A program made the translations under genes and the position numbers. From Phycisphaerae bacterium (lineage in GTDB: Bacteria > Planctomycetota > Phycisphaerae > UBA1845 > Fen-1342), in NCBI GenBank assembly GCA_028279405.1, contig JANQNU010000026.1, positions 10,985-74,984 on the forward strand: DNA of 64,000 nt. The letters are read 5' to 3'. Numbering within the stretch: position 1 is the stretch's first letter; each line of letters opens with the position of its first letter. This document shows positions 9,613 through 16,882 of the stretch, piece after piece. Under the pieces are notes generated by a model. That model was not told the origin of the DNA, ran no database searches, and worked only from the letters and a program-made list of their open reading frames with translations.

Positions 9613-11232
9613 ATGAAACCGTACGGCATTGATCTCTGCATCATCGAAGATGACCCTTCGCAACGGGCTTACCTCCTGAAGCGATTCAAGGGCCACTATT
9701 CGATCGTGGAGGCCACCGACGGCGTTTCCGGACTCGCGCTGGTTCGGGAGTATCGGCCGCGGGTCATCATCTGCGACATCATGATGCCGGGAATCAGCGG
9801 GCTCGATGTCTGCCGCAACGTGCGGGCCGACTCGGCACTGGGTGGCACCTACTTCATCGTGGTTACCTCACAGCCGGACCGCGCCACCAAGCACCTCGCG
9901 CTCGACGTTGGCGCCGACGACTACCTGACCAAGCCCTATGACTTCGAAGAGCTGGGTGCCCGCGTCCGCAATGGGCTCCGCATCAGCCGACTGCAGGAGC
10001 GGCTGCATTATGCCGCGCTGCGCGACGGACTGACCGGACTCTGGAACCACACCCATTTTCGACATCTGCTGGACGTGGAGTTCTCGCGTACGCGACGATA
10101 CGGTGGCGCGTTGGCGCTGTTGATGCTCGACCTCGACCACTTCAAGGCGGTCAACGATACGTACGGGCATGAGGCCGGCAACTACGTGCTGGTGTCGACC
10201 GCCAAGCACATCTCGCGCATCGTGCGCGACACGGACGTCGTAGCCCGCTACGGTGGCGAGGAATTCTCGATCATCTGTCCGCGCACCACGCTCGACGAAG
10301 CGACCTTCCTTGCCGAACGGATCTTGCAATCGCTGCCGGAGGAGGTCAGCGTCCCCAATCACCCGGAGACGGTCATCACGGCATCGCTCGGCGTCTCCAG
10401 CACCGAGTTGGCGCACGTCAACTGCGTGAGCGACCTGATCAACCTGAGCGATGACGCGCTGTACACGTCCAAGCGGCATGGCCGTAACCGCGTGGCGCGC
10501 GCCGACCAGATCACGATGTCCGAGTCCGAGGGAATCGACACCGAACAGGTATCGCGGCTGAGCCGGCAGGTTGCCTCGCTCAGCATGCAAGCGAAGGACC
10601 TCTGTCTGCAAAGCGTGTGGGCCCTGGTCCAAGCGCTCGAGGCCCGCGATCCCTATACGGCCCGACACTCGATCAATACGACGTTCTACGCCGACCAGAT
10701 GGCCAAGTATGCCGGCTGGAACGAGGGGCTGCGAACCACCGTTACCAACGCCGCGATGCTGCACGATCTCGGCAAGATCGGCGTCTCCGACCGAATCCTG
10801 CAGAAACCGGAACCCTTGAACGAAAAGGAGCGCTCCGTGCTACGAAGCGTTCCGATGATCACCTGCAAGATTCTGGAACCGCTGCGGGTCTTCGAGACCG
10901 AGATCGTGATCATCCGGCATCTGCGCGAATGGTTCGACGGCTCCGGGTACGAAGCGGGCCTGGTAGGGACCTCGATTCCGATCGGGTCGCGGTTGCTCGC
11001 GGTCGCAGAAGCGTTCGACTCGCTGACCAGCGTTCGTTGTTATCGTCCCAACCGCTCCATCGAAGATGCGCTGGAGATCATCAACGATTCCGCAGGTACG
11101 CAGTTCGATCCCGAGTTCTGCGAGTTGCTCACCCAGATCGTCGAGCGCAGCGGGGATGTATGGAGCAAACGGATCGAAGCGACCCTAAACGAGTTGAACT
11201 CGCTGCAAGGCGAGTACGAATTCCCGGCCTGA
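9613..11232 (+). CDS. response regulator with receiver, GGDEF (diguanylate cyclase) and variant HD-GYP domains
   Basis: REC: VIICDIMMPGISG and DDYLTKP. GGDEF: an RDTD I-site five residues before RYGGEEF. HD-type domain: MLHDLGKIG, then HLREWFDGSGYEAGL where the canonical sequence would be HHE..DG.GYP. Confidence 0.9.
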   Translation: MKPYGIDLCIIEDDPSQRAYLLKRFKGHYSIVEATDGVSGLALVREYRPRVIICDIMMPGISGLDVCRNVRADSALGGTYFIVVTSQPDRATKHLALDVGADDYLTKPYDFEELGARVRNGLRISRLQERLHYAALRDGLTGLWNHTHFRHLLDVEFSRTRRYGGALALLMLDLDHFKAVNDTYGHEAGNYVLVSTAKHISRIVRDTDVVARYGGEEFSIICPRTTLDEATFLAERILQSLPEEVSVPNHPETVITASLGVSSTELAHVNCVSDLINLSDDALYTSKRHGRNRVARADQITMSESEGIDTEQVSRLSRQVASLSMQAKDLCLQSVWALVQALEARDPYTARHSINTTFYADQMAKYAGWNEGLRTTVTNAAMLHDLGKIGVSDRILQKPEPLNEKERSVLRSVPMITCKILEPLRVFETEIVIIRHLREWFDGSGYEAGLVGTSIPIGSRLLAVAEAFDSLTSVRCYRPNRSIEDALEIINDSAGTQFDPEFCELLTQIVERSGDVWSKRIEATLNELNSLQGEYEFPA

Positions 11233-11259
11233 ATCGGTATTGATGGATCGTGTCGCATT

Positions 11260-11294
11260 GGTCGACGTACGGATAGGTCGACCCGTGTTTTTTT
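11260..11294 (+). terminator. intrinsic terminator-like hairpin plus T7 run after the GGDEF/HD-GYP gene
   Basis: GGTCGAC (11260-11266), a 10-nt loop, GTCGACC (11277-11283), then cgtg and TTTTTTT (11288-11294). A run of 7 T is rare in this high-GC sequence. Confidence 0.55.
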
Positions 11295-11315
11295 GCGCGT
11301 GATCGCGAGGCCCCC

Positions 11316-11708
11316 ATGGACGCCGATAACATCGTCAGATTGTCGCCGACCGCGATCCGGGAGTTGCTGGAATCGCGCCAGACGAAAGTGCTCGCCAAGG
11401 ACCCCAGTGGACGGCGGCGCCTGGATCGCTGGCCGTTCCCGGGAACGGTCGAAGTCTGGCTTCCGGACGAGTGTTACGGCGATCGGCACGTGCTCGCGAC
11501 GCTGCACAACCTCAGTGAGGGCGGGCTCGCCATGCGGACGCGCCGCCCGGTCCCGACCCACACGCGGCTCTCCATCGCAATCCATCAGCCCGCACTGAGC
11601 TGCTACGGACACGCAGTCGTGCGACACTGCACCCGCGCTCAAGTCGGATATCTGGTCGGTATCGAGTTCCTCTTCGAGGACAAACCGGAATCCGGCAACG
11701 AAGACTGA
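11316..11708 (+). CDS. PilZ-domain protein (candidate c-di-GMP receptor)
   Basis: 130-aa ORF. It has GRRRLDR (RxxxR) and, 26 residues later, NLSEGG (D/N-x-S-x-x-G). These are the two signature PilZ motifs at typical spacing. Confidence 0.7.
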   Translation: MDADNIVRLSPTAIRELLESRQTKVLAKDPSGRRRLDRWPFPGTVEVWLPDECYGDRHVLATLHNLSEGGLAMRTRRPVPTHTRLSIAIHQPALSCYGHAVVRHCTRAQVGYLVGIEFLFEDKPESGNED

Positions 11709-11723
11709 GCCGGACACGCTGCG

Positions 11724-13445
11724 CTACTTCCACTGGAAACCGTACGGACGTTGTCCGAATTCGTAGGCCCGATCGGCATCGCGGGTATTTTGCGCATCAC
11801 CGCCGAGCGTTCCCCACTCGACGACGCCGGAACGATGCGTCTTGAGGCAGTAGAGCTTGCCGCCGCGATCGGCGATGAGGATCTCGAGTCGCTGGTCCCC
11901 GTCGACATCGGCTACGACCGGCGCCGAGTCCACGGGTGCCGGAAGCTGATGTCGTGCGAGCAGCAATCCGTCAGCGCTGTAGATCGCGAGTGCGCCACGA
12001 TCCGGCGCTCCGTCCGCGTCGATCTCACCGACGATGATCTCGGCTCCTGGGACTCGGTTCACGTCGGCGATCGCGGGGGTTCCTCGCAGGTGGCCGTAGG
12101 TCGGGGCACGCCAGTACAGCCCTTGGCCATCGATCGCACAGATGCTCCCGGCCGGTCCGGCGCGCTGACCTGTTGGGCAGAGCAGGACCAATTCCCCTGC
12201 ACTGGGATGCGTAATCGTTCGGACGGCGGCAAAGGTCGTCCCCTCGCCGGTTGCATCGCCGTAGCGTCCGTAGGAGAGTAATGACGGCGGGTTGTTCGAC
12301 GTCAGCACAGCGAGCAGTTCTCCCGCACGGTCGGCCAGCAGGAGATTGAGGCCGCCTGGATTGGGGCGGACGATCGCACCGGGGTACAGCCCGGGACCGA
12401 GTGTCGAGCGCCAGATCGGCTCGCCGGTAATCGCGTCGAAGGCCCTCAGTGCGCCGCCGGGCTCGGTGACCCAGAGGATTGCGCGGTTGGCACCTGTTCG
12501 CTCGAGGGCGAGCGTGCAACCGACGGCGGGCGCGGCCGACTTTGGCGCCCGACTGACCCAGCGGGTCTTGCCGCTCGCGGCGCGGATGGCCACGATCTTT
12601 CCCTCGGCCGTTACGCAGTAGACGAGTGTATTCTTCTTGTCTTGCCGGATGGTCGGCGCGCTGACCGCGGGGCTGCCGAGCGGGCATTTCCAGACGACCG
12701 TGCCGTCGGGGCTGAGCTTGTACACGTACCCGTCTCGGCAGCTGGCGTAGATTGCGTCGGTGGTGACCGCCAGGCCGAGGATATCTGCAGCTTGTCCGGG
12801 GGCAGCGCCGGGCTGAAACAGGTAGCCGGACTCGCCGGTGCTACCGTCGATGCGCACGATGCCGTCGTGGGGGTCCGCGGGATCGTCGTATTTGCCGCCG
12901 AGCGAGGGGACGAGGATCGTGCCATCCAGCGGCAGGATCGTGGAGAAGAAGTCTGTCAGGCCGACCGGCGCCTCCCAGAGAATCTCGAGTCGGACGCGTT
13001 CGCGGCCGCCCGTGATCGGCTGGCCGTCCTGACGTACCGCCGCGTCGATCTCCTGCCAGCGTTGCCAGTGGTCTGCGCGGTCAGCGAACGATACCCGGCC
13101 CACCTGTTCGAGCATACGCCGAACTGCCGGGTCGGCCTCGGGGTGGCTCCGCAACAGCCGTCGGACCATCCGCTCGCGGCGCGGGGCCCAGCTTGCCCGG
13201 GTCTCATCGGCCCAGGCCGCCAGGGCCGAAGCCTCGTGCCCGGGTTCGACCTCCGTCAATAACTCACGACCGCGCTGGACCGCGTAGCGGAGGGACGATT
13301 CGCGGAAATAGGAGAACCCAGCGACCACGGCGCCGATCGCTGCAAGTGCGGCAACCAGGGCGCTCCAACGCGCGGCCGCAGCCCGCCGTAACTTATTATA
13401 TGATATATAATTACGGCGACCTAGTTGCCGAGCATCCGGAATCAT
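11724..13445 (-). CDS. membrane-anchored PQQ-like/BamB-like beta-propeller protein with FG-GAP-like C-terminal repeats
   Basis: N-terminal TM WSALVAALAAIGAVVAGF. Repeated G-x-[VI]-x-A-[IF]-D/R-x-x-[TS]-G-x-x-x-W units (EGKIVAIRAASGKTRWVS, GALRAFDAITGEPIWRS). C-terminal VVADVDGDQRLEILIADRGGKLYCLK. Confidence 0.7.
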   Translation of the reverse strand: MIPDARQLGRRNYISYNKLRRAAAARWSALVAALAAIGAVVAGFSYFRESSLRYAVQRGRELLTEVEPGHEASALAAWADETRASWAPRRERMVRRLLRSHPEADPAVRRMLEQVGRVSFADRADHWQRWQEIDAAVRQDGQPITGGRERVRLEILWEAPVGLTDFFSTILPLDGTILVPSLGGKYDDPADPHDGIVRIDGSTGESGYLFQPGAAPGQAADILGLAVTTDAIYASCRDGYVYKLSPDGTVVWKCPLGSPAVSAPTIRQDKKNTLVYCVTAEGKIVAIRAASGKTRWVSRAPKSAAPAVGCTLALERTGANRAILWVTEPGGALRAFDAITGEPIWRSTLGPGLYPGAIVRPNPGGLNLLLADRAGELLAVLTSNNPPSLLSYGRYGDATGEGTTFAAVRTITHPSAGELVLLCPTGQRAGPAGSICAIDGQGLYWRAPTYGHLRGTPAIADVNRVPGAEIIVGEIDADGAPDRGALAIYSADGLLLARHQLPAPVDSAPVVADVDGDQRLEILIADRGGKLYCLKTHRSGVVEWGTLGGDAQNTRDADRAYEFGQRPYGFQWK

Positions 13446-13505
13446 GCTTGAAGTTATACCGGACCGAGCGGCGGTTGCGATCGCGCAAACACGAAAAAGG
13501 GGCGG

Positions 13506-13533
13506 TTGACGAATCCGGCATTTGTTTTAATAT
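13506..13533 (+). promoter_or_regulatory. sigma-70-like promoter candidate for the small ORF / heme oxygenase unit
   Basis: TTGACG (13506-13511), a 16-nt spacer, then TAATAT (13528-13533), inside an unusually A/T-rich divergent intergenic region. Confidence 0.3.
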
Positions 13534-13586
13534 TCAATCAGAGGTGAGGGTGTTAAAACAGCTTTCTTTGAAATGGACATGGTGTC

Positions 13587-13700
13587 ATGGCCCGGTGGCT
13601 TAAGAGGATCGGGATCGCGAGCTTCGCGTTCTTCTTCGTGAAGGGCATGGTATGGCTGGTCGTGATGCTGGCCGTCTTCAAAGGCTGTACTTCCGAATAG
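13587..13700 (+). CDS. 37-aa hydrophobic small protein (below the ORF-track cutoff)
   Basis: ATG at 13587 to TAG at 13698-13700: MARWLKRIGIASFAFFFVKGMVWLVVMLAVFKGCTSE. 30 of 37 codons end in G/C even though the flanks are A/T-rich. It ends 27 nt before the heme oxygenase start. No clear SD. Confidence 0.4.
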   Translation: MARWLKRIGIASFAFFFVKGMVWLVVMLAVFKGCTSE

Positions 13701-13727
13701 CATAGTATTGATTTGCGAGGAATGGTC

Positions 13728-14372
13728 ATGAGTGAGAGCGGCGGGATCATGGGGCGGCTGCGCGAAGAGACGGCGGAGCAACATCAGCGTGCGGAATCCA
13801 ATCCGTTCGAGCAAGCGATGGTGCGCGGCGTGCTCCCGCGCGACAGCTACGTGCAGATGTTGGAACAGCGGTACCTCATTCATCGCTGCCTGGAACAGCA
13901 TGTACGGGAGTTGCGCGAATCGCATCCCTTCGTCGGACAGGTCGTGCTCGACACGCTCTTTCAGGAGCAGAACCTCGCGGAGGATCTGGCGCATTTCCAC
14001 GTCGATCCCGGCACGGTCACGCCGTTGCGCGCGACGCAGGCGCTGATCGAGGACATTCAAGCCACAGCCGCCCAGACGCCGCTGGCGCTCTTGGGGTTCT
14101 ATTACGTCTTCGAGGGCAGCAAGAACGGCGCACGATTCGTCGCCAAGCGGGTCGGGACCTCGCTCGAATTGACGAGCGGCGCCGGCATGCGCTATCTGGA
14201 CCCGCACGGTGATCAACAACGTCCGCTTTGGATGGACTTCAAGGCGCGCATGGACGGCTGCGGCTTCCAAGCAACCGATCAGGATGCCATGGTCGAAGCT
14301 GCCAAACGCACATTCGAGCGGATCATCGATCTCGACCACGAGCTTTACGAGCAGACGCAAGCGACCGCCTAG
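13728..14372 (+). CDS. heme oxygenase (biliverdin-producing) family protein
   Basis: LREETAEQHQRAE (the helix position that carries the proximal His), GFYYVFEGSKNGARF, and DPHGDQQRPLWMDFK. I chose the ATG at 13728, which has GAGGA 7 nt upstream. The track ORF starts at TTG 13713. Confidence 0.8.
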   Translation: MSESGGIMGRLREETAEQHQRAESNPFEQAMVRGVLPRDSYVQMLEQRYLIHRCLEQHVRELRESHPFVGQVVLDTLFQEQNLAEDLAHFHVDPGTVTPLRATQALIEDIQATAAQTPLALLGFYYVFEGSKNGARFVAKRVGTSLELTSGAGMRYLDPHGDQQRPLWMDFKARMDGCGFQATDQDAMVEAAKRTFERIIDLDHELYEQTQATA

Positions 14373-14373
14373 C

Positions 14374-14810
14374 GGCACCTGTTCCCCACCATAGAAGGGT
14401 GGGGCGCGTCGCCAGCGGCACGTGAATCCCCCATCCCAAGATGGGTGGGGCGCCTGCGCTTACTAGGGACGGATTCAGTCGTTTCGAGCACCTTGATCCC
14501 CTCGCTGGCGCTCGGGGCTCGTTATGTGGCCGGGGGCGCCAGTGCGAGCCGCGAGCGCGAGCGAGTGGTCAATGGCGGGCGAGACGCCCGCCCCACCCTG
14601 ATATCGAGACGCCAGTGCTACCGCCCCACCCCGATATCGGGACGCCAGTGCTACCGCCCCATCCTGATATCGAGACGCCAGTGCTAGCCAGAGCCTTGTC
14701 GGGGCGGCGGGCATTACCCACCCCTGGATGGGGCGGGCACCTGTTACGCCGCATGAACTCCTCGATCGCGCTCAGGGCTCGGGGCTCGTCGTTCCAAAAA
14801 CCGCCTCGGC
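14374..14810. repeat. mosaic GC-rich hairpin repeat cluster (locus 1)
   Basis: Stem-loops: CCCCACC-atagaag-GGTGGGG (14384-14404), CCCATC-ccaa-GATGGG (14430-14445), GGCGGGC-gagac-GCCCGCC (14574-14592). It also carries modules shared with the 21.0, 22.6, 44.4 and 57.2 kb loci, e.g. cccctcgctggcgctcggggctcg and gcgagcgagtggtcaatggcgggcgagacgcc. Confidence 0.75.
14589..14687. repeat. tandem repeat, 3 x 33 bp
   Basis: Units at 14589-14621, 14622-14654 and 14655-14687: cgccccaccctgatatcgagacgccagtgctac / cgccccaccccgatatcgggacgccagtgctac / cgccccatcctgatatcgagacgccagtgctag. A partial unit (gagacgcc) precedes the array. Each unit contains a GATATC-centred palindrome. Confidence 0.9.
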
Positions 14811-14919
14811 GGGCTTGACGATCACTTGTCGGCTGCCAATCGTATCCCTTTCGGCGTCCGAGTCATGCAAGCGACGCACGACAATGGAACAAGCCACCCG
14901 GACCTGACAGGGGCTGTCG

Positions 14920-15957
14920 ATGCGCTGCATTTGGCACGGCGGGTTGCTCTGCCTGCTTTTGGCGGTAAATGGCTGTACGCTGTTCAAGCGGCACGAGCCA
15001 CCGTCCGCCCCGTCAGTTGCGCTGCTCGACGAGCGCAGCTTCGACGAGTTCGCCACCACGATCGCTGATGGTTTGCCGGAGCTGCTCGTGCAGCAGGGGC
15101 AACCGTTGCCGGCTCGGATGCCCGTACCGGTGATCGGTGCGGACAGTATCGAAGAGCCGGAGCGCGCCCGGGCGTTTGCACGCGCACTGGCCGCCGGCCT
15201 GAACGATCGGCTGGAAGGCCAGGCACTGTTCGTTTCCACGGCGCGGACCAACTGCGATCTCGTCACGCGACTGTTCTTCGCCGACGGTGGAAGGCACCGA
15301 AGCGTCATCTTCGGGGTGTTTCGCGACGAGTTACTGTTGTTCAGTGCATCGGCCGACTATCGGTCGGACGGCCAACAAGCCGTCGTGCGACGGCCGACGC
15401 CGCAGGCGACCGCGGCCGTGAAGCGACCGGCTCCGGCGGCTGCCACTCCACCGCCAATCAAACCTCCGCCAGACACGGCCGCCAAACCCACAGGAACCGA
15501 ATCAGCAGAAACCGAATCGCCGCGATCGAAGCTGACCCCTGAGCAGCGGGCAGCACTGGAACGCAAGTACCCGCCGCGCGAACGGATTGAAATCGACGGC
15601 CCGGCCGACGTCGTCGGCGCCCAATGGCTGCGCAGTCTGCGAACGTCCCCCCGGTTCTCGTATCGCGGGCTACATGGTGCGGTGATGTTCGTGAACGATG
15701 ATTCCAGTGAGCACATTCGGCTGGTGTCTCAACATGCGCAGCGGTTACCTAACGGGCTTCGCTGCGAGTTCGACATTCGATCCGTGGATCGCACGCGCCG
15801 GGGAAGACTGCGTATCGCGTTCTACAATGAGCGAAACCAGATCGTTGAAGTGACGGACGTACGACGGCACCGGTTCACGCTGCAATACGCGCGGATCGTC
15901 TCGATCGCTTCCACTCACCCGGACGCTTCCAAGTACATCTGCGTCGTCGAAGAGTAG
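14920..15957 (+). CDS. hypothetical lipoprotein with a Pro/Ala-rich linker
   Basis: Lipobox LLLAVNGC. Low-complexity linker PAPAAATPPPIKPPPDTAAKP. The C-terminal beta-rich part (LRCEFDIRSVDRTRRGRLRIAFYNERNQIVEV) is reminiscent of YcfL-like lipoprotein domains, but this is a weak by-eye impression. Confidence 0.55.
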   Translation: MRCIWHGGLLCLLLAVNGCTLFKRHEPPSAPSVALLDERSFDEFATTIADGLPELLVQQGQPLPARMPVPVIGADSIEEPERARAFARALAAGLNDRLEGQALFVSTARTNCDLVTRLFFADGGRHRSVIFGVFRDELLLFSASADYRSDGQQAVVRRPTPQATAAVKRPAPAAATPPPIKPPPDTAAKPTGTESAETESPRSKLTPEQRAALERKYPPRERIEIDGPADVVGAQWLRSLRTSPRFSYRGLHGAVMFVNDDSSEHIRLVSQHAQRLPNGLRCEFDIRSVDRTRRGRLRIAFYNERNQIVEVTDVRRHRFTLQYARIVSIASTHPDASKYICVVEE

Positions 15958-16027
15958 GCGACCCAACGTTCGTCCGTGCGTTGCGCCTTGCTCGCACGAC
16001 GAGGTGCCGGTGGGCCCGGAAACGAAT

Positions 16028-16057
16028 GAAGCGTCGAGCCTGTGCGCCCGACGCTTC
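16028..16057. terminator. perfect 9-bp stem-loop between convergent genes
   Basis: GAAGCGTCG (16028-16036), a 12-nt loop, CGACGCTTC (16049-16057). An A5 run follows on the plus strand, which is a T5 run preceding it on the minus strand. It is not a textbook terminator on either strand. Confidence 0.35.
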
Positions 16058-16094
16058 TCAAAAATGCAAACGACTTCCAGACGGGAGGTCGTGG

Positions 16095-16640
16095 CTACTT
16101 CTTGGACTTGAGGTAGCGCTTAATCGTCTTGGTGAGGTTCGCACCGCGAAGCGTGCCACCGTCGGCGACGACCTTGCCGGTGTCGGCATCGATCAGGAAC
16201 GGGGCGGGAATCGAACTGACGTTGTACTGACTGGCGATACCCGAACCGGTTTCGTAGATTTGGGGCCAGCCCATACCTGATTTCTCAGTGAACTTCTTTA
16301 CCTGCTGCACCGTTCGTCGGCGGGACTTGTCGAGCGAAACGCCGATCATGGCGAAATTCTTGCCCTTCAGCTCCTTATAGGCTTCGACGAGGTGCGGCAC
16401 TTCGCCGCGACACGGCGGGCACCAAGTTGCCCAGAAGTCGACCAATACCAACTTGCCCTTGTAGTCTGCCGGGAAGTTGATCGTCTTGTCGTCGATCGCC
16501 TTGGCGGTGAACGACGGCGCCTTGCTGCCCGCGGTCAGCGCTCCCGCGAGCGGTCGCTCCGCGGTCCCACCCGCGATCGTCACCATCGAGACCGCTGCAA
16601 CGGTGAGCAGCGGCAACGCAAACCATTTCCATTTCGTCAT
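16095..16640 (-). CDS. TlpA/ResA-like thiol:disulfide oxidoreductase (thioredoxin fold), membrane-anchored or secreted
   Basis: LVLVDFWATWCPPCRGEVPHL contains the WCPPC active site. N-terminal hydrophobic leader MTKWKWFALPLLTVAAVSMV. Confidence 0.85.
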   Translation of the reverse strand: MTKWKWFALPLLTVAAVSMVTIAGGTAERPLAGALTAGSKAPSFTAKAIDDKTINFPADYKGKLVLVDFWATWCPPCRGEVPHLVEAYKELKGKNFAMIGVSLDKSRRRTVQQVKKFTEKSGMGWPQIYETGSGIASQYNVSSIPAPFLIDADTGKVVADGGTLRGANLTKTIKRYLKSKK

Positions 16641-16882
16641 TGCGAACCTCCAGAACCAGTCGTAAGCCCAGCGTTGACCGGAATTTTAGAGCACGTGCTC
16701 ACGAATCGGCGACGGATTCGCCGCCGCTTGCCGCCCGCTCTGGCTCGCCTCGCTGAGCGAGAAACGCCGATAACTCGCGCGCTCGGCCAGATCGTCCGAA
16801 CGCGGTACAATCCCTTTGACTCTATCGACGGAGCTGCGTTACGCTCCATTCAGTCAGGATAGCAAATAGTTCGAGAGTTTCC

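Noticed and set aside
13393-13413. Calling the A/T tract a Fur box
   Set aside because: It does not match the 19-bp GATAATGATAATCATTATC consensus well. I keep it only as an unassigned candidate operator.
14589-14687. Possibility that the 33-bp tandem units are a small CRISPR array
   Set aside because: The units are directly adjacent with no unique spacers between them. There are only three copies and no cas genes in the window.
14441-14818. 125-aa ORF whose middle encodes PPHPDIETPVL three times (the translated 33-bp tandem repeat)
   Set aside because: The rest of the ORF is Arg/Gly/Ala-rich junk overlapping palindromic repeat modules. It has no start context, and alternative frames and strands are equally open. 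I treat it as non-coding repeat DNA.
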